Virus record (IMG/VR): IMGVR_UViG_3300031992_000072
Location: 16,402-80,401 of that record
Source of the DNA: a virus
Lineage: Duplodnaviria; Caudoviricetes
Length of the DNA stretch: 64,000 nucleotides
Direction: 5' to 3' (one strand)
The notes beneath the pieces are model-generated. The model was not told the DNA's origin and ran no database searches. It was given only the letters and a program-made list of their open reading frames with translations. Below are positions 27,281 through 36,725 of the stretch, piece after piece. Within the stretch, counting starts at the first letter, position 1. Every line of letters begins with the position of its first letter. The position numbers were made by a program, and so were the translations under genes.

Positions 27281-27320
27281 ATAAAAAAATAAAAAAGAAC
27301 CAGTCAAAACTGGTTCTTTT
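27279..27320 (-). terminator. Intrinsic terminator (conserved early-region type)
   Basis: AGAACCAG-TTTTGA-CTGGTTCT followed by TTTTTATTTTTTTATGC. Confidence 0.8.
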
Positions 27321-27335
27321 TAAAGGTGTAATGTT

Positions 27336-29102
27336 TTAATTTACGAGTTCCTGAAAAGTCTCATAACTATGTATTCTTACGTTTTCCCAGAAACGTCCTT
27401 TGTAGCCATTGATGCTTGCATCTGCTTTAACGAGCGTTAAATCAGGAAGCTCTTTTTGATCATAGTCTGCTGCTCTTATTACAGCCCAGTTGTATGTTCT
27501 GTTTTGTTCTGCTCCCATGTTGTCGTAATCATCGCAGTTAGCGCTGACTTTCAGTTTTGCATGGTTCATCCATTCATCGATAAAGGGTTTGTATTTAAGT
27601 TCAACAAAGTTGTTGAACTTTGCCTTAATCTGATGAATTTCATTTGCACGAACTTCAATGCAAGCAATATACTTGTTGCCTTTCATCATTTTTACAATTG
27701 TTGTAAACTTTTGAACAGCTGCATTAGCATAACTGCCAACGCAAATTCCCATTCTTTCGCCAACAACAGCAAGATCTACTGAATCTTTCGCTAATTCAAA
27801 CCTGATGTCGCCATATTCACGGTTGAATCTGTTTCGCTCAAAGTCGTTATATTCAATCTCTCTGTTAGTGTATGATTTACGGGTAAGCCTATTGTAGTAA
27901 TGCTGCATAGAGTCATGGATTTCTTGGAAGTTCTTTGCCTCACGTATAATGTACATGAGTCCATCTTCTGGGATGCGCGGCATCATTCTTGAACAATCTC
28001 TGAATACGTTAATATCCTCTTGTTCAAGATGACTGATAACCCAATTTCTGTTCCTAAGCTCAAATAGCTTCGTAAGGAATGTCTTTATTTCAACCCTATG
28101 TTCTTTATATGTTTCGAGAAGTTTAACGCCAAGCGAAAAGCATCTTGGAATTTCATCAACATTTACAATTCCGGCATTCATAATCATTTTCACAATGGCA
28201 ATGTTGTTAATGTTCTTCAAGTAAAGCTTTTTGAAGGCTTTAGACATAGGAACATTGAACTTTCTTGCAATGTAGTAAATCAGGTCCTGTTCAGAGATGG
28301 CTTCTCTTATTTTCAGGGAGTTAAACCATTCAGGGCGAGTTATGCCAAAGACATTAAGACGAACGGCTTCTTTGCGATAAGTATCAAGAGCAAAACTTTT
28401 TGTCGGTCTTAACGCAGCGTTCAGTAACGAATTCTCATCAGCTTTCTCGATGATCCATGCCTTATCAGGATAGAAGGTTTTGAGACATTCTTTAAGTGCA
28501 TGGAGAGTTTCCTGTGCAAGTTTAAGATCGCTGAATGAATTTTTCGCCCAGGAAATCTGACGAATACTTTTTGATAACCCGTCATAAACATAGCAACGAC
28601 CATCAGCTGTAAAGGTATAAGATTTTGAATATTTGGTTTTCTTTACAATGTTTGCGATGCGCATTAATTCAACGTATTCAGTAGTTACTTTCAGATATCC
28701 ATCCGCAATACTGATGTGCTGGTAGATTGGAATTTCACGCACTCTTCTTCCGAGGTGTTCTTTCTGGATATAGATGTTAAATCGAATACTGAATACTTTT
28801 TTGTACTGACGCATTTTGGTTCCGTCAATATAACCGCAGATTTTTTCGCCGTTTTTGTACACGATATATGCTTTCTTTTCAGTGCATTTATCTTTAGCAA
28901 AGGCTTCTGCGTCTTCCAGAGTAGCAAACGGATACAGCGTCCGGTTGCTTTTGTTCTTGACGATATACTTCCAGGTATTCTCGTCATACTTTTCTACGAT
29001 TTTCCGAGCGTAACCGATAGACGAAACATGGGAAATTGTCACGCCTGTCAGCGGGAAATAGATGCACTTTGTGCGAGGAATGTACCACCAAATTTTGTTC
29101 AT
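27336..29102 (-). CDS. PcfJ-domain protein
   Basis: C-terminal L..VGERMGICVGSYA..IACIEVR..IHQIKAKFN; start reset to ATG 29102 (GGAGG). Confidence 0.75.
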   Translation of the reverse strand: MNKIWWYIPRTKCIYFPLTGVTISHVSSIGYARKIVEKYDENTWKYIVKNKSNRTLYPFATLEDAEAFAKDKCTEKKAYIVYKNGEKICGYIDGTKMRQYKKVFSIRFNIYIQKEHLGRRVREIPIYQHISIADGYLKVTTEYVELMRIANIVKKTKYSKSYTFTADGRCYVYDGLSKSIRQISWAKNSFSDLKLAQETLHALKECLKTFYPDKAWIIEKADENSLLNAALRPTKSFALDTYRKEAVRLNVFGITRPEWFNSLKIREAISEQDLIYYIARKFNVPMSKAFKKLYLKNINNIAIVKMIMNAGIVNVDEIPRCFSLGVKLLETYKEHRVEIKTFLTKLFELRNRNWVISHLEQEDINVFRDCSRMMPRIPEDGLMYIIREAKNFQEIHDSMQHYYNRLTRKSYTNREIEYNDFERNRFNREYGDIRFELAKDSVDLAVVGERMGICVGSYANAAVQKFTTIVKMMKGNKYIACIEVRANEIHQIKAKFNNFVELKYKPFIDEWMNHAKLKVSANCDDYDNMGAEQNRTYNWAVIRAADYDQKELPDLTLVKADASINGYKGRFWENVRIHSYETFQELVN

Positions 29103-29140
29103 GAGTAACCCTCCTAAAATGTTTTTTGGAACCAAACGTT

Positions 29141-29178
29141 CCCATAAAAAAATAAAAAGGCTAGCCGGAGCTAGCCTT
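29141..29178 (-). terminator. Intrinsic terminator
   Basis: AAGGCTAG-CTCCGG-CTAGCCTT followed by a T-rich tract. Confidence 0.8.
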
Positions 29179-29184
29179 ATAGGA

Positions 29185-32100
29185 TTAGTCGATCTTAAGA
29201 TCGTCTTCCGTGGCAGAGAGAGCAGCTTCTGCTTCGTCTGCACAGCTGATTTCAACGGCAAGACCGCCGAAGATCAACCGATACGCAGACCAGAGCTTAT
29301 TCCTGATGAAGTCGGTCTTCCCGTCCATCTTCAGGTACTTCTCATCGCAGTACGCGAACATCTGCCAGGTGATCACGTCGTATGCGTCTTCCAGCGTCTT
29401 TCCGTGAGCGACCGCGAAGGCTTCGATCTCTGCAAGAGCGTTTGCTCTCCATGCCATTTCGAAGGTAACTTCGTCGTCGTCTTCGCTGACATTGTTCTTG
29501 TCCTTATTGCTATCATCGTCCAGCCAGACAGCACGGTCACGGTCCAGCCTTCTGGCAAGGCTGTTAAACAGACCCTGATTCGGACGGAACCTTTCACCAT
29601 TGATGGTTACGAGTTCTCCGTTTCCTTCCCGGATCAGTCCGGTCAGACCACGATATCCGCATTCCTGATTGAACATGATCTTCTTGTAGTCGAACTGTCC
29701 TTCAGGCGCATCGTCGATCTTTACGTCTCTCCGAGCATTCTCTGCATACAGAGCGAAGAGCTTGTTCAGCGTCTTATACCTGTGGAGCTCGTTGAGCTTG
29801 GACGGATCAGCCAGTTCATCCAGATGGTTCTTGGGAGTCTGAAGCAGACTGTCGTTCAGATAGAGGCTATTGCTCTTATCAAGCGAGAACCTGTCGATCA
29901 TTACAGGTTTTCCGTCCGGTCCAAGCTGAACGATTCCGTCATCGTCCGTAAGGACAACGTACCTGGTTTCCTTGTAGTACGTGTTTGCTTCCCGAGCAGT
30001 TGCGAAGAACTTTTTCTTACCGTTGTGCTTTACATACCAGATGTTGCCTTCATCAACGGCATCTTTGTATACCTTCGCCCACGGCTGAAGCATACGAGCA
30101 CAGATAGAGCTTTCTTCAGGCTCTTCAATTTCCGCTCCGCCATGCTTGCTTGCGTCTACCAGAACGTTCGCAGCGAACTTCTTGAAGTCTACGCCGCGAT
30201 GAGTGACGGGCATCCTCTTGGTATACCAGCGTTTGTCCACTTCGTCCTGTTCTGTGAGCAGACCGTTCAGCAGAGCATTGAGCCCATAGACGGTAAGCCC
30301 AAGCTCATTCATATGGGTCAGACCCGCGAAGTACTCTCGAAGAACCTCTTCGGTAATCACAGTCTTCTCCGGGTTGGGCGTTTCCCAGATAATCAGTCTG
30401 TTCCATACCTTGAGTGTTTCTTTGACAGCCTCGATGATCGCAGGATCATCGCTGGTGTTGGCGTGGTCTCCATCAAAGTCCATGTCCATGGCGACTGCTA
30501 CGTCGTCATGGCAGTTCAGGAAGATTGTATATTCTTCGTTCTTAATGAACTTTCTGTAATTGCTCGGAATGGATACATTCTCCAGAACACGGACACTGTT
30601 CGGATGAACCACAGGGCTACGCCACATGGCGAGCTCTCCGTGCTTCACGGTCGGCAGATGGATCTGACCAGCCTTCAGCATTCCGTTGTCGTTCTTCCCA
30701 TGCCACGCGGCAAGGATGAAGAACGGATCGGGACAGACAAAGCTGTAGAAGCAGTCCTTCAGAATCTTTCCCGAAAACGCTTCGTTGATGTTCTGCTCCA
30801 TCTTATGTTCAATATGTTCTCTGAAAGAGGGAACGTTCACGAGCTCAGGATACTGTACGGCAACGCTGCCCCATTCTCTTCCGAGCATCTTTGTAGCGCT
30901 TTCAACTGTGTGATTGTCGTTCAGACGCTTGATGGTCTTTGCAGCCATCTTTGCAACCTGTTCATCGGTTGCTTCGCACAGGCACTGCGTTACCTGATAC
31001 GAGATGTTCTTCTTTTCCTTGGGATGAGTCTTGACTACGGTGCCAAGGGTGATCTTTTCACCCATAGCCGTACACCAGTCTTCAAAGGTCTTGTAGGCCT
31101 TGTTCTTGCCAATGCTGGTCTTGATGACAGACTCGTCCACGAAGAAGACGATATCATCGATATCCCGTCCGTCAGGTGTCTTGGTTACGCCAATGGACTT
31201 CAGGTAGGCCTGAGCATTCACATTCTTGCAACCCAGACCTTTCAGCTTCACGGGGTTGCCCCTGTAGCTGTAGAACGACGTGTCGTTCTGGAAGTCGTTC
31301 AGAATCTTGTCTGCCTTTTCAGCAGACATTCCGTTGTAAACCATCTGGTTGTGTAGTTCCATCTGAACCTTCTTCGTCATGCTGATGACGAAGAATCCGT
31401 CAGAGAACTTCACAGGAACAAGATCGTTATCCCTGTCTTCGGCATGACCGTCAAGATACAACTTCGTTGTGTTTGCCACAACGTTCTTGACTACAGTCGG
31501 ATAGATGCAGAACATCTCCGGCTTGAACGGAATTTCGATCTGGTGGCTGTACACTGCGATCAGACCTACGGTATAAGCGATGTTCTTGGCAGCAGTGTTC
31601 TGCCATTCATCATCGACTCCGCCATTAGTGTATTCCCGCATCTTGTCATAGATACTTTCTTTTACTGCAATGGTCTTGCACCATTTCGCAGCGTTCGTGC
31701 CGTGTCCGAAGATACGGTACTTGACGTTGTTCACGAGAAGACCGTTCTCGATCACGTCCAGCCATGCATCGAGCAGCCTCTCGGCACGGATGATACCTTC
31801 GAGGTCTTCCTCGTTCTTCGGCTCTGCGATGCGGCTAACTACGTGGATGACAGCATCTTTACCGCCAATTTCCATTGCCTTATCTTCTACAAGACTGACG
31901 GACTTGCGGATCGTGTCATAGACCCACAGGTTTTCAGACGTAGGATCGTTGTTCAGCTGAGCACGAATGAACTCCATGCTTTTGTACGTCTTTACGGTTT
32001 CAGGCTTACAGATCTTCCGCAGGGCGCGGACAACCTTGATGGCGGTTTTCTCACCGATGCCCTTGATTGCCGTAAGCTTCTCGATATTGTTGGTGGCTAC

Positions 32101-32436
32101 TGCGTTCCGCAGCTCACCACAGTCAATCTTGATGACAGCCTCGATCATCGGCTTATTGATCTTTTCCTTGATCATCAGCCCAATGGCGTTGATCTGCCAC
32201 TGCTTTTCGTCCAACAGTGTGTAGCAGTCATAGTCCCAGTTGTGAGCGTCAAGGACGACTCTGGTTCCATCGATAACGGACTCCAGAAGGCACTGATAAT
32301 CGCCCTTCTTGGCGTCTTCAAAGTAGCCGTAAGCCACCTTGAGATCGTCGCGTTCTACAAAGTGTACTTTTCCTGCGTTCGGGCCTTTCTTGATGATGCA
32401 AGAAACCCTGAACAGAATGTTAATAAGTTTCGCCAT
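29185..32436 (-). CDS. Second YonO/RdRP-like two-barrel RNA polymerase (RNAP-2) with N-terminal helix-hairpin-helix
   Basis: FSDGFF, WRSPVVHP and MDFDGD (about 30466-30480); LTAIKGIGEKTA HhH near residue 120; AGGAGG RBS; C-ending codon bias. Confidence 0.8.
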   Translation of the reverse strand: MAKLINILFRVSCIIKKGPNAGKVHFVERDDLKVAYGYFEDAKKGDYQCLLESVIDGTRVVLDAHNWDYDCYTLLDEKQWQINAIGLMIKEKINKPMIEAVIKIDCGELRNAVATNNIEKLTAIKGIGEKTAIKVVRALRKICKPETVKTYKSMEFIRAQLNNDPTSENLWVYDTIRKSVSLVEDKAMEIGGKDAVIHVVSRIAEPKNEEDLEGIIRAERLLDAWLDVIENGLLVNNVKYRIFGHGTNAAKWCKTIAVKESIYDKMREYTNGGVDDEWQNTAAKNIAYTVGLIAVYSHQIEIPFKPEMFCIYPTVVKNVVANTTKLYLDGHAEDRDNDLVPVKFSDGFFVISMTKKVQMELHNQMVYNGMSAEKADKILNDFQNDTSFYSYRGNPVKLKGLGCKNVNAQAYLKSIGVTKTPDGRDIDDIVFFVDESVIKTSIGKNKAYKTFEDWCTAMGEKITLGTVVKTHPKEKKNISYQVTQCLCEATDEQVAKMAAKTIKRLNDNHTVESATKMLGREWGSVAVQYPELVNVPSFREHIEHKMEQNINEAFSGKILKDCFYSFVCPDPFFILAAWHGKNDNGMLKAGQIHLPTVKHGELAMWRSPVVHPNSVRVLENVSIPSNYRKFIKNEEYTIFLNCHDDVAVAMDMDFDGDHANTSDDPAIIEAVKETLKVWNRLIIWETPNPEKTVITEEVLREYFAGLTHMNELGLTVYGLNALLNGLLTEQDEVDKRWYTKRMPVTHRGVDFKKFAANVLVDASKHGGAEIEEPEESSICARMLQPWAKVYKDAVDEGNIWYVKHNGKKKFFATAREANTYYKETRYVVLTDDDGIVQLGPDGKPVMIDRFSLDKSNSLYLNDSLLQTPKNHLDELADPSKLNELHRYKTLNKLFALYAENARRDVKIDDAPEGQFDYKKIMFNQECGYRGLTGLIREGNGELVTINGERFRPNQGLFNSLARRLDRDRAVWLDDDSNKDKNNVSEDDDEVTFEMAWRANALAEIEAFAVAHGKTLEDAYDVITWQMFAYCDEKYLKMDGKTDFIRNKLWSAYRLIFGGLAVEISCADEAEAALSATEDDLKID

Positions 32437-32610
32437 GGTATTTTCCTCCTAAGATAGTTTTTTAGTCTGCTGACAAGCAACAGGCAGTATCAGTTGCGCT
32501 TTGGGAATAGCGCCTCTCGTGACGTGAGAGCAACGGTGGCATCGCACCACACACCGCCAACTCCGGTTGATTCAAGGTTTCCCCGCACCTGCAGGACGGC
32601 TTGCCTTCTG

Positions 32611-32652
32611 CCGCATAAAAAATAAAAAAGCTGAGCCGTTAAGCTCAGCTTT
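32611..32652 (-). terminator. Intrinsic terminator
   Basis: AAGCTGAG-CTTAACGG-CTCAGCTT followed by TTTTATTTTTTATGC. Confidence 0.8.
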
Positions 32653-32657
32653 TAATG

Positions 32658-33440
32658 TTATTTTGCAAGCTGCAGGCTTTCGATGAACGCTTGTGCTTCT
32701 GCCATTTCTTCATCAGAGAGCAGATTCATAGGTGCTGCTTCACGCGGGTCATGACCTCCCCATTCCCTCCAAGAAATTTCTTCAGGAATTGGGTATTCAT
32801 ACTTAATAGTCGCAATCTTTGTGGAGTACTTCTCCTCAATGGTTGCAATCTCTGATTGCTTCATTGTGCCGATATATCCGATTTGTACATTCTTGATGAT
32901 GATGTCATTTCCGTTACACCGCTCTACTCCAACAAAGTCACCGACTTTGTGAGCAGAGTTTGTTTTGAATGTATATTTTGCCTCTTCGTTTGGAGAATAG
33001 CGAACTTTTACAATGCTAATATCAGGATCATCAGAAATAACCTGCCTGACAGGCAAAACAGGTTTCTTCCAGCTCGGAGCAATAATTTGAATATTTGTTA
33101 TTCCAGTTATGGCGAGTTGTCTTGCCCGTTCAACTTGCCTAGTGATCCAAGTCTTATGAGACAGAGGTTCTAAGCGACCAACCTCTGTGAAGCCGATCAC
33201 CTCAAGCTGCTTATCGGCTTCGATGTATGTGACACCGACAGCCTCAACGCCTTTAAAATACGCTCTCTTCAAGGCATCCATCAGTTCTTTTACGGCATTT
33301 TCGCCGTTAAAGAACTTGTAATGTTTAACTATACCTTCATACCAGAAGATGAAGGTAAGGCGCATGAACAGCGTAATGTTCATTATAGGGTCTGCGATAT
33401 ACAGCAGCTGTTCAGTTCCGAAGGTCTGAGTAAGTTTCAT
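32658..33440 (-). CDS. Hypothetical early protein
   Basis: 260 aa, AGGAGG RBS. Confidence 0.75.
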   Translation of the reverse strand: MKLTQTFGTEQLLYIADPIMNITLFMRLTFIFWYEGIVKHYKFFNGENAVKELMDALKRAYFKGVEAVGVTYIEADKQLEVIGFTEVGRLEPLSHKTWITRQVERARQLAITGITNIQIIAPSWKKPVLPVRQVISDDPDISIVKVRYSPNEEAKYTFKTNSAHKVGDFVGVERCNGNDIIIKNVQIGYIGTMKQSEIATIEEKYSTKIATIKYEYPIPEEISWREWGGHDPREAAPMNLLSDEEMAEAQAFIESLQLAK

Positions 33441-33510
33441 AGGAACACCCTCCTTGTTTTATTGTCGGACTTTGTCCGTATAAAAAATAAAAAAAGCACC
33501 CGAAGGTGCT

Positions 33511-33789
33511 TTACACGCCATATGCGTTACATATCCATGAAGGAAGACAAATATGTGTTTTTATATTTATACCTTTTTCCTTCAGAAGTTCTTCCGCTGC
33601 AATAATTTCATCATTTATTGCAACAAGATCAAATGGATGCGCTGCTCTGATTGCAACATATATTCCTTCAATCTTTTCGTCATTAATACTCTCAATTTCA
33701 TCGAGAGCATCGTTGATCCAAGATTCAAGGAATCTTTTACTTCTGTTGTACATCCAATCCCATTTAGAATTCGTGCCAACACGTGCCAT
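33511..33789 (-). CDS. Hypothetical early protein
   Basis: GGAGG RBS 8 nt before ATG 33789; followed by a terminator at 33476-33511. Confidence 0.7.
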   Translation of the reverse strand: MARVGTNSKWDWMYNRSKRFLESWINDALDEIESINDEKIEGIYVAIRAAHPFDLVAINDEIIAAEELLKEKGINIKTHICLPSWICNAYGV

Positions 33790-33901
33790 TTCAAGCACCT
33801 CCTATTTTTTATTTGACAGCTGTAGACTGCCACAACCTATTGTGGATAGGCTGCATAAAAATAAAAAAAGAGCCCTATCTCACGACAGTGCTCTTTTTTT
33901 G

Positions 33902-34192
33902 TTAATCGTTATACAATTCAGGATGGATAACATAGTTAACATCTGAATCATATTCAAGACGATTCGTTTTAATGTTGTATTCAAAGAACTTATCTTCAAA
34001 TACGACAATATCGTCTTTATAATACACACAACCAAGATCTATAGCTTCATCGAGTGAAGCGTAACGGACTTCCCAATCCTGCCGCATGAAATACGGCACT
34101 GTAGCAAAAGCCTCTTCTTTGCTGGAAGCAGCAAACAGATACGTCTTTTCATCTCCGGCGATGGAGACACACCAAATGTAAAACAGGAACAT
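33902..34192 (-). CDS. Hypothetical early protein
   Basis: RBS present; terminator at 33851-33900. Confidence 0.7.
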   Translation of the reverse strand: MFLFYIWCVSIAGDEKTYLFAASSKEEAFATVPYFMRQDWEVRYASLDEAIDLGCVYYKDDIVVFEDKFFEYNIKTNRLEYDSDVNYVIHPELYND

Positions 34193-34388
34193 AACAACAC
34201 CTCTTTCTTTATTATTTGCAGCTGGACTACACTGCTATTTAAAGTCCATTAAAATAAAAAAAAGAGTCAGGCCGAAGCCTGCTCCTTTATGATTACGATA
34301 CTGCCATGGATTTCCGCATCTGGGTAATCTTCTCTGACTTCTGTAGCGGAATCGTAGTAGTATGTATTATCGCCATCTATGACTTTGA

Positions 34389-34784
34389 TCATATGATACC
34401 TCCATAGTATACTTGAAGGATTATATCGTCGAAGATGCTTTTTGGATCACCTGATTTTTGAACAAGGAATCCAACGATGTCGTCTTCTTCGAGTTCATCG
34501 TCTTCTTCCTTCTCCCATAACCAGATGACCCCTGCGCCATCTCGGATGTAGGCGACGTTCTCTTCGTCTACATCCTCAATGATGCCAACACGAACGTAGA
34601 TATCGTCCGTGTTAATCGCGGTGATCTCCTCGGCTCCTGCTGGAGTAACGAAGATGATCATTAACAACAGCATAGCAACTACGATGATACTTGCTGGTAC
34701 TTGCCAGCATTTCTGGCAAAGTTTGATGAAGAGATATCCAGCGAGGATACCAATCAGAATGATATACATTACAACAAACAACAT
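34389..34784 (-). CDS. Membrane protein
   Basis: Two hydrophobic segments then an acidic domain; AGGAGG RBS. Confidence 0.7.
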   Translation of the reverse strand: MLFVVMYIILIGILAGYLFIKLCQKCWQVPASIIVVAMLLLMIIFVTPAGAEEITAINTDDIYVRVGIIEDVDEENVAYIRDGAGVIWLWEKEEDDELEEDDIVGFLVQKSGDPKSIFDDIILQVYYGGII

Positions 34785-34886
34785 AGGAACATACCTCCTT
34801 TTTCTTAGTCAGCTAAGTGTTGCTTCTTAGCCGCCGTAAAAAAAAAAGAACAGGACTCAACAGTCCTGTTCCCATGGAAGGGTTCT

Positions 34887-35096
34887 TTACACAAAGAACC
34901 CTTTTTCTTCTCTCATTTCTAAATAACGCTGGAAGTAATAATATGCCACAGCGTTATCAGAATTTATCTGTTTGCCCTTCTCATATCTTACGATTATCGT
35001 GAAAAGGGCGTGTGTGCTTTCTTGCGAAAGCTTCATGCCTCCTTTTTCCAGCTTTTTGATAATCTGGAAATTAGGAATCGATTTTTTAACTGACAT
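34887..35096 (-). CDS. Small basic hypothetical protein
   Basis: AAGGAG RBS before MSVKKS. Confidence 0.55.
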   Translation of the reverse strand: MSVKKSIPNFQIIKKLEKGGMKLSQESTHALFTIIVRYEKGKQINSDNAVAYYYFQRYLEMREEKGFFV

Positions 35097-35349
35097 ATTA
35101 TTATCTCCTTTTCTTTTAGTTGACAACCTTTGTTTTTAGGCTGCATAAAAATAAAAAAGAGCACAGCTTTCTCAAGCTGGCTCTTTATATTCAGTTGTAT
35201 TTAATTAGATTCTTGATGGTGACTCAGCCTTTATAAAAAAAAGAAAAGCATGAATTAACATGCTTTTCTCTTAATATTTAGTTTTTTAGAGATTATATAT
35301 ATAAGCTTCTCTCTACTGCGTCTTTGCAACCCAAGCTACTTGTTGCAAA

Positions 35350-36110
35350 AACTTCTTCTCTCTATCTTGCTTTAAGAGAAAGGGGCAATGGGTCCCTAAG
35401 CTTGCTTAAGGCTCTTTTGGAGCAAGCACATCGCCTCTCTTGTACGGACGTTGTGCCACATTGTGCTTAATTCCCCATCTTGTAGGATGGCGGGCTCCAA
35501 TGTTGGGCACAACTCCAAGAGATTTAATGCGACAAGGCTTCTCACGTTTTGTGAGAACGATTGCGAGTTACCTATTTGGTGTTACTTCCCTCGCAGTACG
35601 CTGCTTCTTCCTCTTACGTTTTCGTAGTGCTTTAGCTTTTGCTCTGCAACGTCGGTTTACCAACGAACCTTCGATGCATTTACTACTTGCTTCAGCACAC
35701 TGAACGTGGGTGTTCAGCGGTCATTTTGCTGGATGACACTCCTGACCATAATCCGCTATGCCTGTGTCACGAACTCTTTGCAGAATTCCATTCAGAAAGA
35801 AGTCTTCACATTAGACTTTCCGTATCACTCTACAAATAACGTTTCAGGTTTTGCTCCTGCCTAGTCGCCCAAGCAACACCGTGTTGCTGTTTGACTCCAG
35901 CTAGACCAGAAACTTTTTTGCAGAGACTTCATAGCGGATTACGCTTTTCTCTTCAACATTTTCTACGAGTTTCTTCGAGCCATGTTGTTACTCGCATACT
36001 ATTGTTTGCAGCCTATCCTGTTATGCTCACAGGATTTGGTCTTCCTCGAATTGCTTCTGAGGCACATCCACCAGCTGTGGATGGGGATAGATCCCGTGGT
36101 CTATCGCCGC
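35350..36110 (-). ncRNA. Candidate long non-coding or structured RNA region
   Basis: About 750 nt bracketed by early-type terminators; no convincing minus-strand ORF; several hairpins (TTCTCAC/GTGAGAA, GCAACAC/GTGTTGC, ATCCAC/GTGGAT). Confidence 0.3.
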
Positions 36111-36129
36111 ATAAATAAAAAAAAGGGGC

Positions 36130-36309
36130 TTAGCCCCTTTCCGGCACGACCAGAGCCGGAGCCCAGATGGAAAACCATCTGACTTCGCTTTCACCGTCGT
36201 CAGCCCGGACGTATTCCGCCACTTCGGCAGATACTTCCTTTTTCTCCGCATCGACGCTAATTGTGTCGATACCAGTGATCCTTGTGTAAACGACCTTGTA
36301 CATTTTCAT
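36130..36309 (-). CDS. First early gene, hypothetical
   Basis: ATG at 36309 after AAAGGAG, 59 aa. Confidence 0.55.
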   Translation of the reverse strand: MKMYKVVYTRITGIDTISVDAEKKEVSAEVAEYVRADDGESEVRWFSIWAPALVVPERG

Positions 36310-36661
36310 TGTTGTTCTCCTTTCGTGCCGGTGTCCTCTAAGCCATTCACCATGAGGTGTGGCGCATCCCGCGCTGAGAACCGCTTCATCCACAGCGTAA
36401 ACCGCGAATTTACGCTGCGAAATTCGCATTAAAGAAAAAAGAAACATATATATTCCATTCCAATACACTTTTAAATTCCATTCCAAACCACTTCCAAATT
36501 CTCTTCCAATACTTTTTAATGCCTTTCAAATATTCTTCAGTTTTACGCTGAAATAAAAAAAGCATGCTTTTAAAACCTCTTCCCATAGCTTTTAAAAAAA
36601 CAATAACAATATAAAAAGAACAATAAACATAAATGATACTTTTCTTATCTTTTTTCAGCGT

Positions 36662-36692
36662 GTCATTCGAAACGAACCGTAAGGGAGAGAGA
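36662..36692 (+). promoter_or_regulatory. Motif A core, copy 4, at the head of the virion operon
   Basis: GTCATTCGAAACGAACCGTAAGGGAGAGAG matches the GTCA-NN-CGAAA-NNN-ACCGTAARGG core. Confidence 0.5.
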
Positions 36693-36725
36693 TCCTCTCT
36701 ACAAAGATTAAACGGAGTGATTATT

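Noticed and set aside
26873-27292. Three overlapping 77-132-aa ORFs
   Set aside because: No RBS and mutually overlapping in a GC-rich structured region; likely chance.
29062-31356. 764-aa plus-strand ORF
   Set aside because: Antisense shadow of RNAP-2, explained by its biased codon usage; no RBS or motifs.
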